A stretch of DNA of 64,000 nt from an uncultured Elusimicrobia bacterium (GCA_964357255.1 CAYHKQ010000002.1:727-64726), one strand, 5' to 3'. Positions 28,261-39,054 are shown, counted from the stretch's first letter. Translations and numbers: made by a program. The notes: generated by a model not told the origin, from the sequence alone.

Positions 28261-29015
28261 AATTTCAACCCGGATTGGTAAATAACAAAAATTCCAAAGA
28301 GAAGGCTCAATGCCCCTGTGCCGAGAATTAAAAATCGTTCCAGGCCAATCCACCTGCGAACCAAATGCGACACGGAAAATTCGAACAAAGCGCTCATTGT
28401 CATCATTCCCATCATAGATCCCAAACTAAAAATTACCAGATAAAAAATTCCGGCGCGTGGATTAGGCAAGGCGCTCAACACTAAAAGCGCCACAGCCGCG
28501 CTTCCGGCCAAGCCGTGAACGATCCCGACGATAACTGCCCGCAGGGCTTGAAAAATCCCGATCCCATGAATCCATCGGTCAATCAAAGTGAAAGAAATCT
28601 CATGGAAATGCCAGTGAGCATGGGGGCCCTGCGCGGAAACCGGATCAATTTCATGACAATGTTCAGGGTGTTCGGGGTCGTGCTCGTGCTCATGCCCAGG
28701 CAGGCTGATCAGGCCCAAGCCCTTGCCCTTAAGGTTGGCCACGCCCAAAATCACCAAAACCACGCCCACTAAAAATTCCAGCGCCAAGCCCACGCGCGGC
28801 GCGATATGCACCTTAAAGACAATGATCGCGGCGCCGACTAGAAAAATCGTGACGGTATGCCCCAACCCCCAAAATGCCCCCAGAATCCAAGCGCGTCCTA
28901 ATTTTTTGTAGCGCGCCATCATCGCGGTCACGGCCACCACATGATCCGCGACCGTAGCATGGCGCAAGCCCAAAAGAAAACCCATAACAAGGATGGAAAA
29001 AAAGCGCGTTTCCAT
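28257..29015 (-). CDS. NicO-family nickel/cobalt transporter (RcnA/HoxN-like) with a His-rich loop
   Basis: It has GLRHATVADHVVAV (the HAxDADH-type motif), the loop HEHEHDPEHPEHCHE, and is polytopic. Confidence 0.6.
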   Translation of the reverse strand: METRFFSILVMGFLLGLRHATVADHVVAVTAMMARYKKLGRAWILGAFWGLGHTVTIFLVGAAIIVFKVHIAPRVGLALEFLVGVVLVILGVANLKGKGLGLISLPGHEHEHDPEHPEHCHEIDPVSAQGPHAHWHFHEISFTLIDRWIHGIGIFQALRAVIVGIVHGLAGSAAVALLVLSALPNPRAGIFYLVIFSLGSMMGMMTMSALFEFSVSHLVRRWIGLERFLILGTGALSLLFGIFVIYQSGLKF

Positions 29016-29120
29016 TCCTAGAGTATAAAAAAATTTGGCAACGGCTCAAGTTTACGGAATTGCCAACGATGGTTCTGCGGAATAATTGGGGGTTGATTTA
29101 TCGGCCCAATGACGAATGAG

Positions 29121-32100
29121 CTAGGCTTTCACTAACTTAACACGAGTGTCGTAAAAAACAGCGCTGGCGCCAATCATATCCGATAGGCACACGTTCCCCA
29201 AATGCGGATCTACCCGGATCGCGGCATTGGCATGAACGCCTTTGCCTCGGCGCGGATCGCCCTTGATCGTCTTGCCGTCAACAACCACGTCTGAGGCGCC
29301 ATAGGCCCAATGTCCCATGCCCAGATAAAACGCGGTGACGCCCGGGCGGATACCCTCGGTTACCTTGATCTTGCCTTCCATCGGCTTCTTAACGCCGTTT
29401 TGGAGATCCCACACGCCTTCGAGATTAGACGCTGAAACCACTTTCACTATTTCACCGTCTTTGATGCCAAGGCGCTTGGCATCATCCGGGTTAAGAAGGA
29501 AGTTGTTTTCCTCTTCTAAGTCCAGCAACCAATAGTTGGACACGGTGCGACTCTTGGTGTGCCACGCTCTTCTGTAGGTAATCATGGTTAATGGATAATC
29601 CTCGTCAGGCAGGGGCCGGCCCAGGCAGTCGAGGGCTGGCGGGACGTAGGTGGCGATCCCTGAAAATTTTTTGCCCGTCATGGAGTTCTTGGTGCCGGCT
29701 GTTTTTTCGCAATACATATTCACGAGGGCGCCGTATTTATTGGCCACCTTGGCGCCTTCGTAGGACTTTGCAAAATCCTGGAAACGCCCGCCTCTGTTAA
29801 GGACATAAACAACTTTGGGCCAAAGATCATCGCCCACAATTTTCTTCCACCGCTTGAGGTTATAGACGCTATTGGGCAGATGCCGCCGCGCCTCTTCAAA
29901 AATAGCGATCTCTTCTGCGTTGGCATCCGCAACCATGGCTGAACCATCCTCTTTTTCTCCATGGGCTAGGTTGGCGACCATGCGCAAATAAAAGTCATCT
30001 GGATGGATTAAATCCATGCCATCTTTGAGACCGTCCTTGCCGAACCCGGAAACCCCCAGCTCAAGCGCCAGGGCAATAATCATGGATTCCAAGCAGATCG
30101 GCATCTCCTGGCCTTTGATCTTGACTGTTTCCACCATCGGCATCATAGCTGGCTGGCGAACCGGCTGGACTTTTTGGGCAATTGTGGGATGCGATCCATG
30201 AAATTCCCAACGCTCCAAATAGGTCAAATCAGGGAACACATAATCAGCGTAAGCGGAGGTCTCGCCGATCAAAATGTCGCTGGTGATGAACAGGGGCAAT
30301 TTGTTGACATCCGCCAACACCTTGATATTGGTGTGGCCTGCGGGTAGCGCATACACCGGACTGCCCATATAGAGAATCATCGCCTTGAGCGGATAAGGAT
30401 ACCCGTCTCCTGCCGAAGGAATGATCTCCTGATAAATATCCGACGCCAAGGGAAACCATGGGCGTTTGGCGGGATAACCGGAGAACAGCGTGGTATCCTC
30501 GTATTTGGTGTTCGCCCGAATGATGTCAACGCCAAAAGGATTCATTTTGAGCGAATGGAGCTTTTTGAAGTTAAACGGTTTGCCCGCCTTTTCACCGGCA
30601 TGGTCATAGGTTGAGGCCTTAATCATGCCGCCGGTCCAGTCATAATTGCCGATGAGAATATTCAACGTCAACCACGCATGGCAGTTGTAATAACCATTGG
30701 TGTGTTGCGAAACGCCGCGATGGATATCAGCCGCCGCTTTTTTGCCGTGGCTGGTAAATTCCTTGGCCACTTCTTCGATAGCCGAGGCTTCCACTCCCGC
30801 CACTTCGGCCCACTGCGCAACCGTCTTAGAAGAAGCGCTGTCCCTGAGAACCTGCAAGGCGCTTTTAACTTTAATGCCGGAGATTTCCGTTTCAACAAGA
30901 AGATCTCCTTCCGCAACATTTTTTTCGTCTTTGGGATCGAAAACGACAGGCTTGCCATCCTTAAGAGTCACCATCTTGTCAAAGTCGTACTCAAAACCCA
31001 TCTTATCCAGCCGTTTTTCCTTCTTAACGCCGATTTCCGAGGCGCGCAGGAGCTCGCCGGGATGGCCGTCTTTGTCAACCTTAACCAGCCAGCAAGCATT
31101 GGTCCAGGTTGATTCACCATCCGCGGTGGATGCGGCCTTATTCGCATTCGCCAGAAACTTGGCATCATAACGATTGTTATCAATCACCCACCGGATAATG
31201 CCCAGAGCAAGCGCGCCTTCGGAGCCTGGTTTGTTCGGCATCCATTTCCATGCCTTGGAAGCCAACTCGGAAAAGCGCGGATCAATAACAGCGAATTTAA
31301 GCCGGCCATCCGCTACGCCGTTGATAATTCTTGGCGCCCGATAGGTGAGGTAGTTGCCCTCTAGAGGTGACACCCCCACATAAATCACAAACTCCGCATT
31401 GTGGTCATCCGCTTCCCAAAAAAATTTCTGGCCGCCAGTCCATTTGACCTTTCGGTCCTTTTCATCGTAATCATACTGTTCGCTCATCGCCTTGCCCGCA
31501 AAATAGAGCGAACCCTGGCAAACAGTGGTGTGGCCATGAGCATTGACAGTGCCGAACGAATCTAGCGCAAACCGTTTAATGAGATCGCCGCGGCCCGCCT
31601 TTAATCGGCCCCACACAAAAGCAAACTGATTGTTTTTGGGTCCCAGATCCGGTTTATCCGGATCAATCAAAGCGTCAAGATGCTCCGCAAATTTCTTTTT
31701 GAACGACTTGACGCTCATCTCCTTCTTGCCCACTTTTTTGGCCGCATCCGCAAGCTCTTTGCCGACACCGCCGTCGCGAATGGCGTAGATATCCTTTAAT
31801 CCTTCCACATGCCGGTTTTCCTCGCCCGGCACGTCGGAAAACAGCTTGCCCCCATGCGCAATTTCTTTAATCGCCTGGTGAAAATCAATGGTTTTCCATT
31901 TTCCCTCACCGCGCCGGCCTGCTCTCTTAAGGACCCTGACGATGCGATAAGGATCATAAGCGGTTTGCAATCCGGCCTGTCCCTTGGCGCACAAAGCGCC
32001 ATCGGTGGTGGCCGCATCTTTTAGCGGCGTTGCATAAGGAACGTGAGGCACCATGGTCCATGGACTATAGGGATTGCCGTCAATCTTGGCCGCAACGCCA

Positions 32101-32360
32101 TTGAGTGTTTTAACCTTAATGCCACAGCCCGTGTTGCATTGCAAACAAACTGTGCTGATAATATTTTTGGCTTGGGCCAGCTCGTAATTTTCAGCGGCAG
32201 AAAGGCCTCCTGTCTCCGCTTTTTCGGCCAGAGCCATCGCCTGCTCTATAAAAGGAAGCGCCAGGGCGCTGCCCCCTAAAAAAGCGCTACTTTTGAGAAA
32301 ACAACGCCGGCTGATTTTGTTATCTAAAAGCGATTGTTTTTTTTCCATGGTTCCCTCCAA
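29121..32360 (-). CDS. Molybdopterin oxidoreductase catalytic subunit, Tat-exported (TtrA/PsrA-like)
   Basis: It has a Tat motif (RRCFLKSSAFLGGSALA) and an N-terminal FeS Cys cluster (CLQCNTGCGIKV). The protein is 1079 aa. Confidence 0.75.
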   Translation of the reverse strand: MEGTMEKKQSLLDNKISRRCFLKSSAFLGGSALALPFIEQAMALAEKAETGGLSAAENYELAQAKNIISTVCLQCNTGCGIKVKTLNGVAAKIDGNPYSPWTMVPHVPYATPLKDAATTDGALCAKGQAGLQTAYDPYRIVRVLKRAGRRGEGKWKTIDFHQAIKEIAHGGKLFSDVPGEENRHVEGLKDIYAIRDGGVGKELADAAKKVGKKEMSVKSFKKKFAEHLDALIDPDKPDLGPKNNQFAFVWGRLKAGRGDLIKRFALDSFGTVNAHGHTTVCQGSLYFAGKAMSEQYDYDEKDRKVKWTGGQKFFWEADDHNAEFVIYVGVSPLEGNYLTYRAPRIINGVADGRLKFAVIDPRFSELASKAWKWMPNKPGSEGALALGIIRWVIDNNRYDAKFLANANKAASTADGESTWTNACWLVKVDKDGHPGELLRASEIGVKKEKRLDKMGFEYDFDKMVTLKDGKPVVFDPKDEKNVAEGDLLVETEISGIKVKSALQVLRDSASSKTVAQWAEVAGVEASAIEEVAKEFTSHGKKAAADIHRGVSQHTNGYYNCHAWLTLNILIGNYDWTGGMIKASTYDHAGEKAGKPFNFKKLHSLKMNPFGVDIIRANTKYEDTTLFSGYPAKRPWFPLASDIYQEIIPSAGDGYPYPLKAMILYMGSPVYALPAGHTNIKVLADVNKLPLFITSDILIGETSAYADYVFPDLTYLERWEFHGSHPTIAQKVQPVRQPAMMPMVETVKIKGQEMPICLESMIIALALELGVSGFGKDGLKDGMDLIHPDDFYLRMVANLAHGEKEDGSAMVADANAEEIAIFEEARRHLPNSVYNLKRWKKIVGDDLWPKVVYVLNRGGRFQDFAKSYEGAKVANKYGALVNMYCEKTAGTKNSMTGKKFSGIATYVPPALDCLGRPLPDEDYPLTMITYRRAWHTKSRTVSNYWLLDLEEENNFLLNPDDAKRLGIKDGEIVKVVSASNLEGVWDLQNGVKKPMEGKIKVTEGIRPGVTAFYLGMGHWAYGASDVVVDGKTIKGDPRRGKGVHANAAIRVDPHLGNVCLSDMIGASAVFYDTRVKLVKA

Positions 32361-33224
32361 TCAGACAAGGTAAAAGGTGGTGGGTTTGGTGCCCGCTTCT
32401 TCCTTGAGCTTCTTGACGCGTAGCGACCTGGCCAACTCCGCAATCAAACTAGAGCCTTCATTGAGATCGCCAAAAAATGTGGCATGGCCAATGCAAGTGG
32501 TTGCGCAGGCCGGCAACATGCCGGACTCCAGCCGATGCAAACAGTAGTGACATTTTCTCATCTTGCCAATGGGCGACCTATCGGGTGAATTGCGCTCCCT
32601 TTTGATTCCCATCTCAAAGGTTGCCGCTGTTTCAATAGTCGCCACATAAGGCGTGCCCTCGGTAAAGTAATTGCCCTCATCAAAAGCAGGCACGCCATAG
32701 GGGCAGGCAGGAATGCAGGCTTTAATACCCTGGCAAACATCGTAATCCACATACACAATGCCATCGGGCCGTCGTTTAATCGCATCGGCAGGACACGCTT
32801 GCAAGCAAGCCGGCTTTTCGCAATGCATGCAGGGCCTGGGCCGGTGGGTTCGCTTGATCGCCGGGTAGCTACCTTCTGTTTCTTCAAAAACAGGACGGTA
32901 GGTGACACCCGGCGGCGTTTTATTCTCCGCGCGGCAAGCAACGGTACAGGCTTTGCATCCAACGCACTTTTTAAGATCAATCGCCATGGCCCAATGCCGC
33001 TGCGCGGGTTGCTTTTTCAACGCGCGGCCAAGGTCTTCTTTCATGCGGTCCATCACGCTACTGGTCGCCGCAGGAGCCGCTGCAACCGCTTTGGCTAGAA
33101 CGCCAACTCCGGCTATGGCAACCAAACCGGTTCCTATTTCTTTTAAAAATTCCCGGCGAAACACTCCTCGGCTTCCTTGCTCAACCGCCTGTTTGACGGC
33201 TTCCTGCGCCTTGCCTGTGCCCAT
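32361..33224 (-). CDS. 4Fe-4S ferredoxin-type electron-transfer subunit (TtrB/PsrB/NrfC-like)
   Basis: Four Cys-rich cluster motifs are present (CVGCKACTVAC, CMHCEKPACLQACP and others). The N-terminus is Tat-like (RREFLK). Confidence 0.75.
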   Translation of the reverse strand: MGTGKAQEAVKQAVEQGSRGVFRREFLKEIGTGLVAIAGVGVLAKAVAAAPAATSSVMDRMKEDLGRALKKQPAQRHWAMAIDLKKCVGCKACTVACRAENKTPPGVTYRPVFEETEGSYPAIKRTHRPRPCMHCEKPACLQACPADAIKRRPDGIVYVDYDVCQGIKACIPACPYGVPAFDEGNYFTEGTPYVATIETAATFEMGIKRERNSPDRSPIGKMRKCHYCLHRLESGMLPACATTCIGHATFFGDLNEGSSLIAELARSLRVKKLKEEAGTKPTTFYLV

Positions 33225-33252
33225 AATATCCTCCTAAATTGCTTAGCCTCTA

Positions 33253-34284
33253 TCAGAATTTCATCTCGAGCTGGAAGAAGAGCCGATTTTCATTCGCGCT
33301 CGTATTTGTAGCCAACTGCTGACGCACGATTTGATCGTTGACTGATATCCTGACGCCCTCGGCAACCTTATAATCAACACCCCAAAGAGTGCGGGCTCGA
33401 CCATCAGAAGATGTTTCAGTGTCCGGGTCATAAAAGTCATACCGGCTAAAGGCGGAAAGGCTCAACGGCAGTTTGAGCGAACCGTGCAATGAGTATCCTT
33501 TGGACCGCGTATTTTTAACACCAGCGCCTGTTCTGGCCTTGAAACTGGATACCATGGCATGGAAACGCTTGTGCTGATAGCTCACGCCTCCCATAACACG
33601 GTCACGCAGATAGTTGTCCCCATCCTGCGCCCGGCCATTGTGAATATAGCCATGCAGTTTTAATCCGGACAGCGGCTCAAATTTAACCATCGGAGACAGC
33701 GTTAATCTGGCCATCGAATCCTTATGGCGGCCATTTTTGCCTGTTTTCTCCACTGCTGTCGTGCCTTCGCCATTGACATGCGCCGCATGGAAATCGCCAA
33801 AATCATTCGGTATCTTCAGCAACACGCCCACGCCTTTATCAGCCGATGAAACAACGCCTTCGCTATCAACAAAAACCTTCGAGATAAAGCGGCGTCCCCA
33901 AATTCCCTCTTCAAATCCGATCCAAGGGGTTCCAACTAAACCAAACTGGACATTGGCGTAATCATTCACCATGTAATCGCCAAACGCCTGTTTTAAGAAA
34001 ACAGAGTTGGAGCCATGTCCCGTATCGGTTGTTTGCGTTGTGTTGCTTTCCAAGACAACCTTGCCTTTGACTTTCGGACTGAATTTGGCTTCAGCGTTCA
34101 TATAAATACGCGTGATCCCAAACTCGCCGCGGTTCTTAGAAGACACTCCTGCTGTATCGGTCTGGCTCAAATGCCGCGCGTACTGCCCGAAGACTAATCC
34201 AGACAACTTGACATCAGCGGCCATCGCGCTACTCGCGCCCAAAGCAAATATCATTGCGCTTGCCGTAATCATTCTTGTATTCAT
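33253..34284 (-). CDS. Outer-membrane beta-barrel porin-like protein
   Basis: It has a signal peptide (ASAMIFALGASSAMA) and alternating amphipathic strands. The C-terminus is the aromatic ...QLEMKF. Confidence 0.45.
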   Translation of the reverse strand: MNTRMITASAMIFALGASSAMAADVKLSGLVFGQYARHLSQTDTAGVSSKNRGEFGITRIYMNAEAKFSPKVKGKVVLESNTTQTTDTGHGSNSVFLKQAFGDYMVNDYANVQFGLVGTPWIGFEEGIWGRRFISKVFVDSEGVVSSADKGVGVLLKIPNDFGDFHAAHVNGEGTTAVEKTGKNGRHKDSMARLTLSPMVKFEPLSGLKLHGYIHNGRAQDGDNYLRDRVMGGVSYQHKRFHAMVSSFKARTGAGVKNTRSKGYSLHGSLKLPLSLSAFSRYDFYDPDTETSSDGRARTLWGVDYKVAEGVRISVNDQIVRQQLATNTSANENRLFFQLEMKF

Positions 34285-34432
34285 TTAACAACCTCCGTGC
34301 GTTTAGGATATTGTCGCGCTTATCCCATAGCCTCCTGGGGTAGCCTTCTGCGACATCTTGGGCAAATTGTAATTTTTTTGTACTATAAATTTGCTTAAAA
34401 TCCGTTAAACATACAATTAAGTAAAAGCAATA

Positions 34433-35359
34433 ATGAAAGGTTCGCGATTACATCTGGATCTTTTCAAAACCTATCGAGATCTTGTGGAGTCAAAAAGTTT
34501 TTTAAGAACAGCGACGCTTCACTCTTTAAGCCAATCGGCCGTCAGTCAACAATTGGCTTTCCTTGAGCGACACTTCGGCAAGAAACTCGTGGATCGCGGA
34601 GGTAAACGATTTCTATTGACCGAGGATGGGAAGACTTTTCTCGAGGGGTGCGGGAATATCTTGGAGGCTTATGAGTCTATAGTCAGCAAGCTACGGAATG
34701 CCCGAAAGGAAATTCAGGGCACGGTCAGGGTGGAAACAGTTTATAGCATTGGCTTTTACAATCTTGCCCCTTATGTGCGCGCCTTTATGCGTTGCTGTCC
34801 TAGGGTAAATATCCATATTGAATATAACCGCTCGGACTGGATTTATCAAAACGTGCTTCGCGGCGAGTGCGATATGGGAATTGTCGCCTATCCATGGTCC
34901 CATCCACGGATAAGGATTGTGGATTTTCACAAAGAGCGCTTGGTTCTTGTTTGCCCGGCCCAGCATCCCTTCGCCAAGCGTTCCCGTGTTAGACTTAAGG
35001 AGTTAGATGGGGAGAATTTCATCGCCTTCGACCAGACAGTTCCAACCGGCCAAGTGATTAGTCGCATGCTTCGACAACAACGCATTCACGTGAATATCCT
35101 TCACCAATTTGACAATGTCGAGACCATTAAGCGCTCAATAGAAGTTGGAATGGGCATTAGCATCCTGCCGGATAAAACGATTCCTTCCCAGATTCGTGAC
35201 AAAACACTTGTCGGTGTCGCTATTGCAGGGAAACCCATTTACCGCCCTACCGGAATTATTCTAGATAGACAACGGTCTCTTTCAAGGGCTACGCTGGCTT
35301 TTCTTCGATGGTTGTCGGATGCCAGCAGGCGCGCGTCAAAGCATTGCCTATGCAACTAA
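34433..35359 (+). CDS. LysR-family transcriptional regulator
   Basis: It has an N-terminal HTH (LHSLSQSAVSQQLAFLERHFG) and a substrate-binding domain. It is divergent from the porin/oxidoreductase operon. Confidence 0.8.
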   Translation: MKGSRLHLDLFKTYRDLVESKSFLRTATLHSLSQSAVSQQLAFLERHFGKKLVDRGGKRFLLTEDGKTFLEGCGNILEAYESIVSKLRNARKEIQGTVRVETVYSIGFYNLAPYVRAFMRCCPRVNIHIEYNRSDWIYQNVLRGECDMGIVAYPWSHPRIRIVDFHKERLVLVCPAQHPFAKRSRVRLKELDGENFIAFDQTVPTGQVISRMLRQQRIHVNILHQFDNVETIKRSIEVGMGISILPDKTIPSQIRDKTLVGVAIAGKPIYRPTGIILDRQRSLSRATLAFLRWLSDASRRASKHCLCN

Positions 35360-35522
35360 CCTGCAACTTTTTATTTTTTTGCGAATAAATTACGCGTCCG
35401 TCGTCTGAAGCTACTGTTGCCGCGAGCTCTGCGAGCGACCTCCCTGAGGGAAAAGCGTGTGGGTAGTTTTCAAAATTTCTATAATGATAATGTCGCTTGG
35501 ATCTTTTGACCGAGACGATGCA

Positions 35523-36440
35523 ATGTTCAGCATAGAATCCGTTCTTCGCCCTCCCGTAAAAATCACGGTCCGTGATTTTGCCGGTAAAAAAAAGCGGGGC
35601 GTTCCAATTAGCATGCTCACGGCCTACGACTACCCCTCAGCCAAGGCCGTGGACGCGGCTGGGTTTGACTCCATCTTAGTGGGAGATTCGCTCGGCATGG
35701 TCGTGCTGGGCTACCCCAATACGCTCGCCGTCACCATGGACGATATGATTCATCATGCCAAGGCCGTGGCGCGCGGCGCCAAGCGCGCGTTTCTAGTCGG
35801 CGATCTTCCTTTTATGTCGTATCAGGCAAACCTCTCAGAGGCAATCCACAATTCCGGACGCTTTCTTCAGGAGGGCGGTATGGACGCAGTCAAGCTCGAG
35901 GGTGGCCAGGAAATCGCGGCCACGGCGCGGGCCATTGTAGCCGCGGGAATCCCGGTGATGGGACACTTGGGGCTTACTCCGCAATCCATCAATCAATTAG
36001 GCGGATTTAAGGTCCAAGGCCGCACAGCCGAAACCGCGGCCAAACTCCTGGCCGATGCCCAGGCCCTGGAAAAAGCCGGGTGTTTTGCCGTTGTTTTAGA
36101 ATCCATCCCGGCCCGTCTGGCCATGCTCGTTTCCAAAAAGATCAAAATTCCAACCATCGGCATCGGCGCCGGCGCAGATTGCGACGGACAGGTTCTCGTC
36201 TACCATGACCTCTTGGGCCTTTACGAGGAGTTCGCCCCAAAATTTGTCAAACGTTATGCGCGAATGAACACAATAATTGGCGATGCCCTGAGCGCCTTCC
36301 GCCAGGATGTGGAACAGCGCGCATTCCCGGCCGGCGAGCATACCTACGATATGCCGGAGGCGGAATGGAAAAAACTGATGGAAAAACTCGAGGGCAAAAC
36401 GCCGTCCGCACAACCGTTACTGCAAGAAATACTCTCATGA
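35523..36440 (+). CDS. panB: 3-methyl-2-oxobutanoate hydroxymethyltransferase
   Basis: The PanB motifs are LTAYDYPSAK and ILVGDSLGMV. The start was chosen at MFSIESV because the track's upstream extension is A/T-rich leader. Confidence 0.8.
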   Translation: MFSIESVLRPPVKITVRDFAGKKKRGVPISMLTAYDYPSAKAVDAAGFDSILVGDSLGMVVLGYPNTLAVTMDDMIHHAKAVARGAKRAFLVGDLPFMSYQANLSEAIHNSGRFLQEGGMDAVKLEGGQEIAATARAIVAAGIPVMGHLGLTPQSINQLGGFKVQGRTAETAAKLLADAQALEKAGCFAVVLESIPARLAMLVSKKIKIPTIGIGAGADCDGQVLVYHDLLGLYEEFAPKFVKRYARMNTIIGDALSAFRQDVEQRAFPAGEHTYDMPEAEWKKLMEKLEGKTPSAQPLLQEILS

Positions 36441-37372
36441 AAATCACTATTCTGGGCACAGGAGCCATGGCCTCGACATTAGGGGCTCAACTGTCCTTCC
36501 AATCTGATGTGACACTGTTGGGCACTTGGACCAAGGCAATTAACGCGATCCACGGCCATGGCCTTACCCTCAAAAGCGAACAAGGCGATTTACTGATTCC
36601 ACTTAAAGTCACGCAACGGCCCGAGGATTGCGCCGACAGCGATCTGCTGATCGTCCTGGTAAAATCCTGGCAAACTCACGAGAGAGCCCGATGGGCCGCC
36701 CCATGCTTATCGCCGGGAGGATTGGTTTTGACCCTTCAAAACGGATTGGGGAATGTCGAAACATTGGAAAAAATATTCGGGCCCAGGGTCATCGCCGGCG
36801 TCACCACGCTCGGCGCCACGCTGGTCGGGCCTGCTCTGGTCCGCTCCACGGGCCAGGCCGCTATTGAATTAGCCGGCCATCCGCGCCTGGGACTGGTCCG
36901 TTCGCTATTTACAAACATAGGGTTTGATGTCGTTGAGCGACCCTCCCTTCCTTCGCTTATATGGGGCAAACTCGTCATTAACGCGGCCATTAATCCATTG
37001 GGCGCTTTTCTTCGAAAAACTAACGGCGAACTGGCCGACTCGCCGCATCTTGCCCGATGGATGGGGGCCATTGCCGAGGAGACCGCGAGAGTGGCGACGG
37101 CTCTGGGAATTATTTTGCCTTATGAACAACCGGCCCAAGAGGCGCTACGGGTCGCCCGAGCGAGCGCAAGCAATCGTTCCTCCATGCTTCAGGATATGGA
37201 AAAGGGACGACCCACGGAAATTGACTCCATCAGCGGCGCCATTGTCCGGCATGCCCTGCGCGTCGGCCTGAAAGCGCCTCTTAATGAAACGCTTTGGCAA
37301 TTGATCCGTAATTCTTCGCCGATTCCATTAGCCAGACCCCATCGAGCCCATGCGCATCCTCAAAACGCTTGA
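36437..37372 (+). CDS. panE: 2-dehydropantoate 2-reductase
   Basis: It has the ApbA/PanE Rossmann motif MKITILGTGAMAS. The start overlaps the panB stop (ATGA). Confidence 0.7.
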   Translation: MKITILGTGAMASTLGAQLSFQSDVTLLGTWTKAINAIHGHGLTLKSEQGDLLIPLKVTQRPEDCADSDLLIVLVKSWQTHERARWAAPCLSPGGLVLTLQNGLGNVETLEKIFGPRVIAGVTTLGATLVGPALVRSTGQAAIELAGHPRLGLVRSLFTNIGFDVVERPSLPSLIWGKLVINAAINPLGAFLRKTNGELADSPHLARWMGAIAEETARVATALGIILPYEQPAQEALRVARASASNRSSMLQDMEKGRPTEIDSISGAIVRHALRVGLKAPLNETLWQLIRNSSPIPLARPHRAHAHPQNA

Positions 37373-38255
37373 AGAATTAAGGTCCTGGCGCCGGACGCTC
37401 CGTGATCCCCTTGGCTTTATTCCCACTATGGGTTACCTTCACAAAGGACATCTTTCCTTGGTACGCCACGCCCAACAGGAATGCGCTTCGACGCTGGTGA
37501 GCATCTTCGTCAATCCAACCCAATTTAGCCCCAACGAAGATTTCAGCCGATACCCAAGCGACATTAAACGGGATTTAAAACTTTTGGCCCCCTTGGGAGT
37601 GAACGGCGTTTGGATTCCGGAGGTTCAAGAGATTTATCCTGCGGGATTTCAAACCACGGTGCATGTGACTCGTTTGACTCAGCCCCTGGAAGGCCGAGTT
37701 CGGCCCGGGCACTTTGACGGGGTGGCCACCGTGATCACCAAATTATTCCATGCCGCGACGCCTCAGAGGGCTTACTTCGGACAAAAGGACGCCCAGCAGG
37801 TCCTGGCCATGCGCCAAATGTCGCGCGATCTTAATTTTCCCGTTGACATCATCGCCTGCCCCACGGTCCGCGAGCCTGACGGCCTGGCCCTCTCCTCGCG
37901 CAATTCATATTTAGCACGAGACCAGCGCGCGGTCGCCGGAATTCTGCATCGCTCACTAGTCGCGGCTAAAATTTCCTACGAAAACGGCGAGCGCAGGGCC
38001 GGCGCGCTACGCAAGACCATGCTCCGTATTCTTGCGGAAGAACCATCGGCCCGGCCCGATTATGTCTCCATTGCCAACGTGGCCACGCTTGAGGAACTCG
38101 AGGCGGTAAATGAGGAGGCGTTGTTCTCTCTGGCCGTCAGGATCGGCTCCACGCGGCTGATTGATAACTTTCTTTTGGAACGCGGCGTCTGGCAAACCGG
38201 CCGGATCGCCGGAGCCCCGACCGTAGCGCAGGAGGTTTATGCTCTTAACTATTGA
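37350..38255 (+). CDS. panC: Pantoate-beta-alanine ligase
   Basis: It has the PanC motif PTMGYLHKGHLSLV. Confidence 0.85.
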   Translation: MRILKTLEELRSWRRTLRDPLGFIPTMGYLHKGHLSLVRHAQQECASTLVSIFVNPTQFSPNEDFSRYPSDIKRDLKLLAPLGVNGVWIPEVQEIYPAGFQTTVHVTRLTQPLEGRVRPGHFDGVATVITKLFHAATPQRAYFGQKDAQQVLAMRQMSRDLNFPVDIIACPTVREPDGLALSSRNSYLARDQRAVAGILHRSLVAAKISYENGERRAGALRKTMLRILAEEPSARPDYVSIANVATLEELEAVNEEALFSLAVRIGSTRLIDNFLLERGVWQTGRIAGAPTVAQEVYALNY

Positions 38256-39054
38256 TATCGGCAATACCAATATCACGATTGGCCTTTACGAGGGCCAAAG
38301 TCTCGGGCCTCGATGGAGACTCGCCACCAATCACGACAGAATGCCCGATGAGTTTGGGCTAGACCTTTTAGGGCTTTTGTCGCATCAAAAAATCCCGTTC
38401 ACACTGATCAACAACGTCATTATCGCCTCAGTGGTGCCGCAACTAACCGGCAAATTTAAGGAAGCGTGCCAAAAATACCTCAACTGTGATCCCTTAATCG
38501 TGGACGCAGGGGTCCGCACGGGAATCCGCATCCGCTATGACGATCCCAAAGCGGTCGGCGCGGACCGCGTGGTGGACGCCGTGGCCGCGCATCAACTCTA
38601 CGGCGGCCCGGCCTGCATTGTGGATTTCGGCACAGCCACGACTTTTGACGCTATTTCAGGAGAAGGCGATTATTTAGGCGGCGCTATCGCCCCGGGAATC
38701 TCCGTTGCGGCCGATGCCCTGTTTCTTCGAACCGCCAAACTACCCCGCGTAGATTTTTCCAAGCCGCCCTCGGTGATCGGCAAAAACACGGCTCATTCTC
38801 TGCAATCCGGATTGTTCAACGGGTATATCGCCCTGGTGGAAGGAATGGTTGAGCGCTTCCGCCGTGAATTGGGAGCCCAGATGAAAGTCATCGCCACCGG
38901 CGGCTTGGCCGAGCTCCTGGCCCCGGAAACAACGGCTATTCAAATCGTGGCCCCCTGGCTGACGCTCGAGGGCTTACGGCTGATTCATGAAATGAACCGC
39001 GTCCATCAACCGGTTCTTAAATCCAATAAAACCAGAACCGCGGCTCTTGCATGA
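38239..39054 (+). CDS. coaX: Type III pantothenate kinase
   Basis: It has the CoaX motif LLTIDIGNTNITIGL. Confidence 0.8.
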   Translation: MLLTIDIGNTNITIGLYEGQSLGPRWRLATNHDRMPDEFGLDLLGLLSHQKIPFTLINNVIIASVVPQLTGKFKEACQKYLNCDPLIVDAGVRTGIRIRYDDPKAVGADRVVDAVAAHQLYGGPACIVDFGTATTFDAISGEGDYLGGAIAPGISVAADALFLRTAKLPRVDFSKPPSVIGKNTAHSLQSGLFNGYIALVEGMVERFRRELGAQMKVIATGGLAELLAPETTAIQIVAPWLTLEGLRLIHEMNRVHQPVLKSNKTRTAALA

